A stretch of DNA of 64,000 bases from Balanoglossus misakiensis (Eukaryota; Animalia; Hemichordata). The DNA lies in the NCBI GenBank assembly GCA_040954595.2, contig CM082593.2, positions 9,867,200 through 9,931,199 of the forward strand, given 5' to 3'. The notes under the pieces were generated by a model. That model did no database searches, had not been told where the DNA came from, and was given only the letters and a program-made list of their open reading frames with translations. This document shows, one piece after another, positions 35,795 through 47,733 of this stretch. Made by a program: the position numbers and the translations under genes. Positions within the stretch are counted from its first letter, which is position 1, and every line of letters starts with the position of its first letter.

Positions 35795-37004
35795 GTGATG
35801 GTTTCGAGTGGTAATAAAAAGCGGGGTGTTTTCTGTCAAAAAATTAAACCTGAGTGTGGCTCTTTACTTGAGTGTCTCACCATCTCTTCCTTACTTCCTT
35901 CAAACCCAGAGCGTGGTTCGTTTCTTGACGGTCTTACTTACTACACTATGACTGAAAGTTCCCATCCACGAAGATTATCGGAGGCCGACATTCTATCATG
36001 TCGTACCGTAGAAGAAGTAACCTCGTTATTAAAGCTACACGGGGCTACTATCTCTCCGGAATTGCAGCTTCTAGTGGTGCGTAAGGTCTGTCATCTGACA
36101 CGGAGAGAGTTTTCTGACGTGACAGAAGACGAGATAAAGAGTTGCGTCTCGCTAAGAGAACTTGATTCTATGTTAGAATCATCCAGCAATCGCGTACCTG
36201 ATGATGTACATCTGGCGGCCCTGAACGCACGTGCTGATCTCATCCGCGCGACGGAGAGAGAGTCAACAGATGGGGAAGCAAGCTGTGGAATCCGGGTAAG
36301 TTCAGACAATGTAGAACCTCTTTTGCCCACTTGTGAATTTCAATGGGAAAACCAACAAACATGTATGGGTGAAATTGCGTGTAACGAAGATCAGCGTGGT
36401 GGTAGTACCTCTGGGAATAAAAATCCCGTGATTATTGATGAGTCATTTGTTCAGCCGGAGAACCCTCCTCCTTCAGTTGATTTGGTGCCGGGCCCTGCAC
36501 AGAACCCCAGAAAACGTAGAATGAGCGTTGAAGAAATTCGCGATAACGCGGAAGAATTGTTTGAAATTCGCAAAGTAAGTCAGCGCTATATTAAGAAATT
36601 TAATACGCGCGGAAGTGACTATGTCGTGCATTTTACGCCAATCCAGACCGATGACTTGCGCGAGGCGTTAAATTCACTATATCAAGCTTTCGGGGCACTT
36701 TTTGATCATTTAACTCGGGAAATGAATCCGAACGACGTGAAAAGAGTAGTCTTTCGCACACCCCAATTGGATCGGGCAATAAATTTACCATTTGTGAAAG
36801 TACGCGATTGTACATCGGATGCGGTTTTTGCCGAAGTTCAATCAATCAAACGAATCATTTAAGATTGACGAAGAGGTATTTGTTAATATCGTTCACGTGG
36901 AAATCCCAGCGGGTGGGAAAGGACCGCGAAATAAAAATGTTAACGCGGATCAATTACGAAAAGTTAAGAAGAGTATTGTACGTATTCAAAACAAAGATAG
37001 ATTA
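35795..37004 (+). pseudogene. N-terminal (terminal-protein) region of Polinton protein-primed DNA polymerase B, truncated
   Basis: KKFNT...PQLDRAINLPF...(frameshift)QSNESFKID...VHVEIPAGG...KKSIVRIQNKD, which typically precedes the exonuclease domain of Maverick pPolB. Confidence 0.75.
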
Positions 37005-37273
37005 ATTATGTTTGATACAAGACGCCATTTATGTTATTCTACATGTAGATATATGGTGAATCAACATTCAACCACACACAACTTCCATCTCGTTTGTACG
37101 ATATAAGAGTAAAAACTCGCCCAAAATGAATAAATGGTAAAGAACGAATATTCATTTTGGCGAGTTTTTCACTCTCCTGTCTATAAGAGGGATGGAAGTT
37201 GTGTGTGGTTGAACGTTCATTCGCTATATATCCACATGTAGAATAACAAACCGTGTCTCTTAGCAAATATAAT
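37005..37273. mobile_element. Foldback MITE (~270 bp)
   Basis: Almost wholly palindromic, e.g. gttattctacatgt...caaccacacacaacttccatc and gatggaagttgtgtgtggttg...acatgtagaataac. Confidence 0.85.
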
Positions 37274-37419
37274 ATGGGAAAAAGGGCAGCGAGAGAGAAA
37301 CTTTGTCCCTCACATGGGGAGTAAATGCATATGCGTGTGTATTTAAAGTTAACTGTAAATCCCCAGGTTAATACGTGGCCAAAAGCACTGTAATTTGACA
37401 TTTCTAATGATGGTGAGAT

Positions 37420-37552
37420 GTTGTTTGCTCCCCAGGGAGTTGAATGGAATATTTAGGTCCAACGACCTAGGTCAAATGACCATGGGACAACTTAAAGCAC
37501 GTTGAGATTTAATGTGCTACATAAGTTATAAATATTATAAAAATATTATTAC
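37420..37552 (+). mobile_element. Possible SINE 3' remnant
   Basis: gctccccagggagttga...aaagcacgttgag...gtgctacataag...tattatt resembles invertebrate SINE tails; a homologous tail lies at 2231-2282. Confidence 0.4.
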
Positions 37553-37842
37553 ATAAACAACACTCTTGCTTAGCAAAGGAAGTGGTCAGGTGAAATATAT
37601 TCGCAGAGCTGACCAATTCTTTAAGGAAAATTAAAGTTGGGTAATTTGGACGTATTCATACAAGTGTTGGTCAATGAGAGGAGAGTCCTTTGTTCATTTT
37701 CAAAATGAAAACCAAAAATGCGAACAAAACACACTGAATTACGTATGGGATATTGATGTTGCCTAATTTGCGTGTCTCCACATTTACTTAAACTCTCACA
37801 GGGAGACAAATGTCACAGCAAACGGAAAAATGATTATGCTAC

Positions 37843-40352
37843 CACTGGTCAAAAAAGTTGATATACATTCAGTATTTTTACGTATATGGACACGTAGATC
37901 AGGAATATGCGCAGATATACAATAGTCTGCACAGTTGTACATCTACAATTTGCACCACGTATATGTGACGTATATTCACGTATATGGAACATACCAATGT
38001 GTTAGTATACGTGCACGTATATCTATGAAGATCACGGGTGTGCACAACGCAGACCATAGCAGATTAAGTGTAAACCATAAACATTCCAACGTATTTGTAC
38101 ACATTCTCAGTGCATATCTTCCTTACTATTTGCATGACTGTGTTATTAGCATACGTTACATCATCATCACAGACATTAAAATTTGCATAGTTGAGTTCAC
38201 GTTTCTGGTATTTTTACGTATATTTAACACAGACCCTTTCAGAAATTACCATACATTATGTCATCATCGTTGGCAAATATTTGCAAAAAAAATGGGGGTC
38301 ATATCATTCAGGGTCAGGATTTGACCTTTCCTTCTTGTTCACCTTTCATTTGAGCTTTTATTGCTGTAAATTTGTTACTATTTATCTGCTTTGAGATGCA
38401 ACTGCACTTCAAAGCAGATACATAACAACAAATCGGTATCACATTTCAGACCGATACACTTTCTCCCGTCATGCATCATAAAAACTGCTCACATAATGAA
38501 ATTCACGTAAAAGGCAATTTTATTTAAAACATATAAAATGATTAAAGACAGTACATAGACAAAGAACAAAATGTTTTGTTTTTAAATGCACACCTAAAAT
38601 AATACTCAAAGTCTAGCTTCATTTAGTAACTCCAAAATACCATGAAACTTTACTTCATGATCATCTGACATCATCAGATCGCCTGCTTGCACCATTTTAT
38701 CCTATTATGATTTGTGTTCAAAACCATCATCTTGCCATGACTCTGTAGAAGAAAAAAAGAAAGAAAGTATTTAGTTTGGTCATCTCAAGCACTTATCTTT
38801 GACTGCGGTGTCTATGAGCTGCAACTTTGGCGAATTCTGAACCCACTGGCACAGTTTATGTAGAGTGGGCCGTAAACACCTTCACCTTGAACACAGTGAA
38901 ACGTCAGCCTGTTCTATTTTTACCTTTGTCGCCAACATGACAGTGCACTGTTTATAATCAACGTCCCCCATTGTTTTTATATTATGGGTGAAAATGTCTC
39001 ATTTGCATTCAACAAATTGGGCCATGGGAAATGTCTTCACACCTTCCAATTGTTTACTTTGTTATCTGTCATGTTGACAAAAAAACATACAGATTCAATG
39101 TGCTGTTATCGCAACCAAGGTCAAATAGTTATGACTGAACAGTTGCTCACTATCACGCGTAATAGCATGGTTATAGCTACCAAGTATCCAAGCTCAGTAG
39201 CTGCTAAAATATCTGAACGTCAGCTATTCTGGCAATCCAGCAATCCCGCGCTTATATGCATCTTGTCAACCATGAAACACCAAGCTGTAGCGCACACATG
39301 GAAATCAACCCAGTTTGTTTACCTTTTGTTTTAGCTAATCCTCAAGGCCTTTGATCTTGGCCGATGTTCCGCGTCTTTTTTCTCTACGGGTTATGCTCAA
39401 TGTTATAAAACTTCACATACTACACCAAATTGAATGAATAGTCTAAGAATAAAAGAGATATACTTACTCGTTGGTTGTATCAGATGAATCTTCTATGGTT
39501 ACATAAAGCTGAGTGCTTTACCTGCCGCTGCAAAGTAAAACAAGGGACATTGAGATAACAATACAAATGCTTGGTGGAAATGTCAAATTGTCAATCAAAA
39601 CCTGTTTCTACATAGACATGCTTGATGCACTAATGCAAACGGCAGAAATAAAAAGGACTCGGACTAACAACGAGTAGAAATAGTGTCAAAACACAGACAC
39701 ATGGGTGGTGTGGATATGGACAAGACCAAAACACGATGTATGTTTAAACTTACAAAAATCATACGATCCGGTCTTCCTTTGTTGGTGCATAGATTACCAC
39801 CGCCGCATGTCGATTTTCCCTCAAAGACTTCTGTTCTGCGTCCAGACTATCAAGTTTCTGTGACAACTCTTCGTTTGCTTTGTCTGGTGTTGAAACTAAC
39901 TTATGCACACGGTTGACGGCGTTCTGTGACTGCCAGCGGTGCTGGTATTTCTGTGTACCGGAGGTGGACGTCGTAAAACGTCGTAAAACAACCAGCGTTT
40001 TGCGACATAAAGTGGCCGCAGAAGTGCGACCCAGATCTTTCATCAAACTTTTGAAAGCGTTTGCTTTTAAAAACGGGTGGCCCAAATAATCCTAATAATT
40101 AGCATGAATATACGTACATATACATGGACGTATACTGTAAGCACACTATTCGGTAGAAAATAACTACAAATACGTAGATCTGCAGAACGTATATGTAAGA
40201 GAACGTGTACATGATGTATACTTCACATATTTGTACACATATCTAGCAGCTTGTTTTTGTTACGTAAATGCTCGTATATGAAACGTATATGTCAAATATA
40301 CAAACTTAGTAGTTTTACGTATATTGTCGTATATCAATCATTTTGCCCAGTG
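37843..40352 (-). mobile_element. Non-autonomous CACTA/EnSpm (CMC)-type element
   Basis: TIRs CACTGGTCAAAAAAGTTGATATAC and GTATATCAATCATTTTGCCCAGTG; 3-bp TSD TAC; subterminal ACGTAT repeats. Empty site in backbone copy 1 near 7395-7410. Confidence 0.88.
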
Positions 40353-43300
40353 TACACACAACACTTTTATTGATCATGAAAAATGTTCATGAGAATTGTG
40401 TTATGGTACTTTTCGTGGCTCACGAACTGTGTTATGGGAAATCTGACAAGGAATCCAAACTGTACCACATACACAACACTTTTATTAAGCGTGGGAAATG
40501 GTCCTGAGAACAATATTCTCAGAGTTGACAAACTGTGTTATCTGCGTTATATTGATGTTGTCTAATTTACACGCCTGTACATTTATTTATACTCTGACTT
40601 TGAACTTAATAAGACAGCGCCTGCTAAGGTCAAGTTGCCACGTACACTTGTAATTAGCATAGGTAATGATCATGATAACTTCATTTTCAGAGCTGACAAA
40701 CTGTGTTATGTGAAATTCATGTTGCCTATTTCATGATAATGGCTTGTGGTACACAAGGGTTAACAGCAATCAGCAGTTGGTTGTATGATAGGTATGATGA
40801 TTGGTTTACAAATGTGAATGGTATAATAATGGGCAACACATGTGGAAGTGTTTAATAAACAGTTAACTAATGTGGTTATGGTTTGTGGTAAAATTGAGTG
40901 TACACAGATTATAATGGGCCAAAACGATGAATATAATAAAGGTTAATGATGGTGAAGGGTTTCATGTGAATGATGTAATAAAGGTTAACAAATGTGGTGA
41001 TAGCTTTGGTGTACAGGGCTGTTGATATCTATAGTAATGACAAAGGTATAATAATGATAAAAGCTTAAATAAGTGTTGGGGTATATTCATCATGATGGTT
41101 CATTCATTGGTTAATGTGTATATTTTATGAATAACATGCTATAGTTTATCAGTTAGATCATAATCAGGGTATTTCCATGCATATTGTCATCATGATTCAG
41201 TGGAATTCTTCGGAATAGTACCTTGTGATCATTTTCGAGCACTGACGCATTGTACGCCACAGACATGCAGAAAATATTAACATGTAACTCACAGGCATAA
41301 TGTTAAATCTAAACGACTATATGTTAGGTTAATTTTACCTCCCCACGTACCCCATCCTAATTCCAAATTTAGCTTGCTGTGAGGTTTTTGGGTAGTACCG
41401 ATCAGGAAACTTACAAGGCTCATTCACTGTGTCCAATATTGGATTTGACACACTGTGTCTGGGGTGGGTAAAGCATGGTGAAATGTTGGCGGTAAACTTT
41501 AACCAGGCAGGTCACATGAAAGGAAGATTTTATCATTTGAGTTCGATGACATACATGATAAGATATGTCACTTTTGACACCTTTTTTGCAATTTGACTTG
41601 GACGCAGATGTATCTTTTCCTTTGGACACCGCAGATGTATCTTTTCCTTTGGACACAGTACCATAAAATCATACCCTGGTCACACACAGTGACAAATGTG
41701 AGCCTTTGACTATCATGTTAAATTATCATTTTAAGCACCCTCAGTGAAGTTTAGTACAGGTTATTCTTGTTCAGTGTGGAAACACACTGCTTTCAATACA
41801 TGTTCCCTGTGGGGTGTTGAAGGATGCAGTAACAGATTAATAATTGGTTGTGATTACTTTTGCTAGAATTGGGTTAATAGCAATGGCTGGTCTTAAGGGT
41901 ATGCTAATATGTTCATAAATGTGAATGGTATAATAAAGGGGAACACATATGAATGTTTAATAAAAAGGTTACAAATGTGATAATTGTTGGTAAAATTTAA
42001 CTGTACATAGGTTATAAATGGTTAACAGCATTTGCTTGTATGAAGGGTATGATCATAGGGTAACAAATGTGAATGGTATAAAAATGTATAATAGTAGGTT
42101 TATAATAAGATGATTGCTTGTGTTCACAGGTTACAGTGGGTAAATGACATGATGTCATAATGTTAAATCTGAACGATTATATGCTAGGTTAGCTTTACCT
42201 CCCCAGCCTATTCAAATTCGAAATTTAGCTTGCCATGCAGTTTTCGGGTAGTACCAATTGGGAAACTTTCAAGGTTCATTCATTAAACCAAATATTGGAT
42301 TTGACACACTGTGTCTGGGGTGGGTAAAGCATGGTGAAATGTTGGCAGTAAACTTTAACCAGACAGGTCACATGTAAGGAAGATTTTATCATTTGAGTTC
42401 GATGACATAAGTGATAAGATATGTCAGTTTTGACACCTTTTTTGCAGACGTAGATGCTGATATTTTTTTTTCCCATTTGACAAAGTAGGCAAAGTCCAGT
42501 CTGTGTTTAAAATGATACCCTGGTCACACACAGTGAGAAATGTCAGCCTTTGACTACCATGTTAAATTATCTAATTTATGCATTGTTAATCATGCACTGT
42601 GATGTTTACTGCAGGTAAATTTTTTCCCCTGTGGAAACTTACTATGCTTTGAATACATGTTCCCTAATGGGGTGTTGAAGGATACAGTAGGATCTGTTTC
42701 TGTAGCAAATGATTTTTCTGAACTTTTGCAAAGTCGAAATTTCAGGACCCATGATTTTTTTTCACAAAATGAAGAAATTTTGAAATTTCGCAAAATCGAA
42801 TTTTTTTTTATTTTTGGGTGATTTTTATGACCCATGATTTTTTTTTCAAAAATGAAGATATTTTGAACTTTCGCAAAGACGAAAAATTGTCATTTTTGGA
42901 TGATTTTCAAGAGTTATAACGCATGATTTTTATCTTCAAAAATGTGACGAAATTTTGAACTTTCGCAAAGTCGAAAAATACTCATTTTTGGACAATTTTC
43001 ATGAGCTATAACGCATGATATTTTTCTTTAAAAATGTGAAGAAATTTTGAACTTTCGAAATGTGGAAAAATTGTAATTTCAGGATGATTTTCATGAGCTA
43101 AAACCCATTATTTTTTTCAAAAAAGCGAAGAAATTTTGAACTTTCGCAAAGTCGAAAAATTGTAATTTTTTGATGGTTTTCATGAGCTGTAACCATGATT
43201 TTTTTCAAGAAAACGAAGAAATTTTGAACTTTCGCAAAGTCGAAAAATTGTTATTTTTGGATGATTTTCGAGAGCTAAAACCCATGTTTTTTTTTCAAAA

Positions 43301-45076
43301 ATGTGAAGAGATGTTGAACTTTCGCAAAGTCGAAATATTGTCATTTTGGACGATTTTCAGGACTATAACCCATGATTTTTTTTTAAAAAGTGAAGAAATT
43401 TAGAAATTTCGCAAAGTCGAAAAATTGTCATTTTTGGATGATGTTCATGAGCTATAACCCATGATTTTTTTCTTCAAAAATGTGAAGAAATTTTGAACTT
43501 TCGCAAAGTCGAAAAATTGTTATTTTTGGATGATTTTCGAGAGCTAAAACCCATGTTTTTTTTTTAAAAAAGTGAAGAAATGTTGAACTTTCGCAAAGTC
43601 TAAAAATAGTCATTTTTGCACGATTTTCAGGACCTATAAGCCATGATTTTCTTCAAAAAATGAAGAATTTTGAAATTTCGCAAAGTCGAAATTTTTTTAT
43701 TTTTAGGTGATTTTTATGACCCATGATTCTTTCAAAAAATGAAGAAATTTTGAACTTTCAAAATGTGGAAAAATTGTCATTTTTGGATGATGTTCATGAG
43801 CTATAACCCATGATTTTTTTCAAAAAATGAGACAATTTGAAATTTCGCAAAGTCGAAAAATCGTAATTTTTGATGGTTTTCATAAGCTGTAACCCATGAT
43901 TTTTTTCACGAAAACCTAGAAATTTTGAACATTCACAAAGTCAAACAATAGTTATTTTTTGATGGTTTTCATGAGCTGTAACCCATAATTTTTTTCAAGA
44001 AAACGAAGAAATTTTGAACTTTCGCAATGTGGAAAAATTGTCATTTTTGGATGATTTTCATGAGCTATAACCCATGATTTTTTTCAAAAAAGTGAAGAAA
44101 TTTAGAAATTTCGCAAAGTCGAAAAATTGTCATTTTTGGATGATGTTCATGAGCTATAACCCATGATTTTTTTCTTCAAAAATGTGAAGAAATTTTGAAC
44201 TTTCGTAAAGTCGAAAAATTGTTATTTTTGGATGATTTTCGAGAGCTAAAACCCATGTTTTTTTTTCAAAAATGTGAAGAGATGTTGAACTTTCGCAAAG
44301 TCGAAATATTGTCATTTTGGACGATTTTCATGACTATAACCCATGATTTATTTTAAAAAAGTGAAGAAATTTAGAAATTTCGCAAAGTCGAAAAATTGTC
44401 ATTTTTGGATGATGTTCATGAGCTATAACCCATGATTTTTTTCTTCAAAAATGTGAAGAAATTTTGAACTTTCGCAAAGTCGAAATATTGTCATTTTTGG
44501 ACGATTTTCAGGACATATAACCCATGAATTTTTTTCAAAAATGTGAAGATATTTTGAACTTTCGCAAAGTCGAAATATTGTCATTTTTGGACGATTTTCA
44601 TGACCCATGATTTTTTTTTAAAAAGTGAAGAAATTTTAAACTTTCGCAATGTGGAAAAAATTATCTTTTTAGGATGATTTTCATGAGCTAAAACCCATTA
44701 TTTTTTTCAAAAAAGCGAAGAAATTTTGAACTTTCGCAAAGTCGAAAAATTGTAATTTTTTGATGGTTTTCATGAGCTGTAACCATGATTTTTTTCAAGA
44801 AAACGAAGAAATTTTGAACTTTCGCAAAATCAAAAAAAAATTATTTTTGGATGATTTTCAAGAGCTAAAACACACAATTTTTTTTTCAAAAATGTGAAGA
44901 GATTTTGAACTTTCGCAAAGTCGAAATATTGTCATTTTGGACGATTTTCATGACCCATGATTTTTTTTCAAAAAAGTGAAGAAATTTTGAACTTTCGCAA
45001 AGTCGAAAATTTTTTATTTTTGGGTGATATTTATAACCCATTATTTTTTCAAAAAATGAAGACATTTTGAACTTTT

Positions 45077-45654
45077 TGTGATGATGAGGTCATTTTAGTG
45101 TGACCTTTACTGGCTAGTAAGATTTCTTTTGTTTTGGGTGACCAGGTGTTGATGAATATTCATTTGATTGACATGTATAAATACACATGCTACCATGTGG
45201 TCAGGGGGCTATTTTTTTCGCTGGACACTGTGCCGGTAACTTCAGTGCTGGGGACTCCATGCTGCTGTTTGGGACCTTTCGCAGGCCGTTTTGTTTGACT
45301 TCAAGGACTTCAGAAGTTGTGAGTGCATGCACACCACTTGGACCTAAACCAGACTTTGCTGCTGTTTTGTTTGACTTCGAGTTGTAAGTACACACCACTC
45401 GGACTGAAACCAGACTTTCCTGTACGTCGGAAGTCTTTGACTTTACTGCATATTTGCTGCTCGTGTGCTTCACGACTGGAGTCCTAGCTGAGTATATGGA
45501 GTGCTGTGTGTGTTGCTCAGTTTGGTTCGCATTCATTGTTTTATGACCTGTTAATCCCTTTTTGCCTGCAACTTAATTTTGTTAGTATAGCGAATAGCCA
45601 TTAAATACTTTTTATAAAAGGAAAACCACTGACTTCGCCCTTTCTGTCATAACA
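45077..45654 (+). repeat. 5' LTR of the Gmr1-like element
   Basis: TG...CA termini, followed by the PBS. Confidence 0.96.
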
Positions 45655-45756
45655 GAAATTGGGGGCTCGTCCGGGAGTTATTTGAATTTGTGCACTCGTT
45701 TGAAAATTGTCCAATATATTTGTTTCGGCTTTGTGTGAACTCGGCGGTTTTCCGAC

Positions 45757-47733
45757 ATGCCAGACTTTAGCCCTGAAGCGTTTATGAAGGAGCCCGATCA
45801 AGATGTGTTTGATTCTCTCAGAAAAGAACAGCTTATCATATTAGCACAGTTTCTAAAGGTCCCTGTTAAAAGGTCTATGAGAAAATTAGAGATACAATAC
45901 AAGGTAGCGAAACATTTGGTTGATTTGGATGCGTTTGATGAGACTGCTCTAAAATGTTACGTTTCCGAGTCTAATGAAATAGAACTTAAAAAATTAGAAA
46001 CCCAGTTAGAACTTAAGAGAATTGAACTTCAAATGCAACTTGAAGAGAAGGGGAGAGAAGAAAGATTAGAACTACAACGGATGGAATTAGAAATGAAAAG
46101 ATTAGAGTTAGGTGGTAGGTCAGGTTATCTTGAGACATCTTCAAGTTCGTACAGTTTTGACGTCACAAAACATTTTAAATTGGTTCCTCATTTCCAGGAG
46201 AAAGATGTCGATAAATATTTTCTTCATTTCGAGAAAGTTGCTGAAAGTATGAAGTGGCCTAAAGAATTTTGGTGCATGCTTTTGCAGAGTGCTTTGGTTG
46301 GTAAAGCCAGAGAGGTTTACATACAATTGTCAGTTGAGCAAGCTTCTGATTATAACACTGTTAAAGAATTAATACTTAAGGGCTACGAGTTGGTCCCGGA
46401 AGCTTACCGTCAGAAGTTTCGAGATTGTGAGAAAGCAAGGGATCAAACTTATGTTGAATTCGCTCGAACAAAAGAGCAGCTGTTTGACCGTTGGTGTTTT
46501 TCTGAGAAGGTTGATGATAAATTTGAAAAGCTATGACAGCTTGTCTTGATGGAAGAGTTCAAAAAATGTATACATGGGGATATCAGAACGTTTATCGGGG
46601 AACAAAAAGCAGTAACGTTGGACGTTGCTTCACGTTTGGCCGATGATTATTCATTGATTCATAAAACACAGGTTGTCAACAAACCATCCCAGTCATTTTC
46701 ATATAGAAATAACACAGGGAAATTTAACTCGCTGTCTCCAAAAGATAGTCAGTTTTCGTACAAATCAAATAGCAGTTCACAAAGTTCCCGTGTGAACTCA
46801 AAGCCTACCGATGTCAAGCCACAAGTTCCCCCTACTGGAAGGCATTTTGGTACCATCACTTGTAGTTACTGTAAGAAAGAGGGTCATTTGATATCAGATT
46901 GTTTCAAATTGAAAAGAAAACGGGAAAATAATCAAAGTGCAGGATACAAGCCAACTGGCTTTATTGCTTCATCATCCAGACTTGAGTCTAATGATATTAA
47001 TGATGTGGTTAACACATTTTCTGAGGTTGAATTTCCAGCCAAGGAAGTCAAGAGGAAATCTCACGATAGCATTATGGGTATTTTCGGACCATTTATTCAT
47101 GATGGTTTTGTATCACTTTCAAGTGATTTGTCTTGTGCGACTCCTGTTAAGATTTTAAGAGATACTGGGGCTTCTCAGTCTCTTTTGTTGGTAGATACAT
47201 TGCCGTTTTCTGAAGAGTCGTTTTCAGGTTCAAACGTTCTTATTAAAGGTGTAGATTCTATTGAGTATACACCTGTTCCACTCCATAATGTGTATTTGTC
47301 TTCGGACTTAGTTTCAGGGCCTGTGACTTTGGGTATTAGGCCTTCTTTACCTTTTGAGGGGATTCACCTTCTTCTTGGAAATGACATTGCGGGGGACAGA
47401 GTTGTTACAAATACACTTGTGACGGACAAACCTTGTCTTAATCAAGACCAAGATCCAATTGAACAGGAAATTCCTGATTTGTATCCTGCCTGTGCAGTTA
47501 CTCGAGCTATGTCGAGAAAAACGTCAGAAAATCTTGATGAGTTTAAAACAAACGTCAAAGACGTTGATTTGGCTGACACGTTTCTTAGTCGAGTGTTTGA
47601 TGCCCAATTACATGAAACTCCCTCTGATCAAAGTGAAATATCTTCTAGGTCACATCTTATTGATGAACAACATAGGGATCTTGAGATTTCATGCTTGTTT
47701 GATAGAGTTACTGATGAGACTGATATTTCATAG
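45757..47733 (+). pseudogene. gag: Gag (SCAN-like capsid, CCHC knuckle) and protease of the Gmr1-like element
   Basis: YELVPEAYRQKFR, CSYCKKEGHLISDC and LRDTGASQS. In-frame stops at 46534-46536 and 47731-47733. Confidence 0.9.

Larger units (their letters stand above)
33597..37004 (+). mobile_element. Polinton/Maverick left end, truncated
   Basis: Begins AGTAGT, followed by ATTAATATTCATGAG repeats, two small ORFs and the N-terminus of a protein-primed PolB. Cut off by a MITE; no right TIR seen. Confidence 0.75.
37300..42700. repeat. Degenerate tandem-repeat backbone, copy 2 (interrupted by the CACTG element; includes a partial ~0.9-kb internal duplication)
   Basis: Collinear with 1055-1432, 2231-2282, 6574-8740 and 19915-20110. 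41870-42690 partly repeats 40750-41830. Confidence 0.8.

Noticed and set aside
45660-45676. tRNA-Pro-complementary sequence as a tRNA gene
   Set aside because: It is only a 17-nt primer-binding site next to an LTR.
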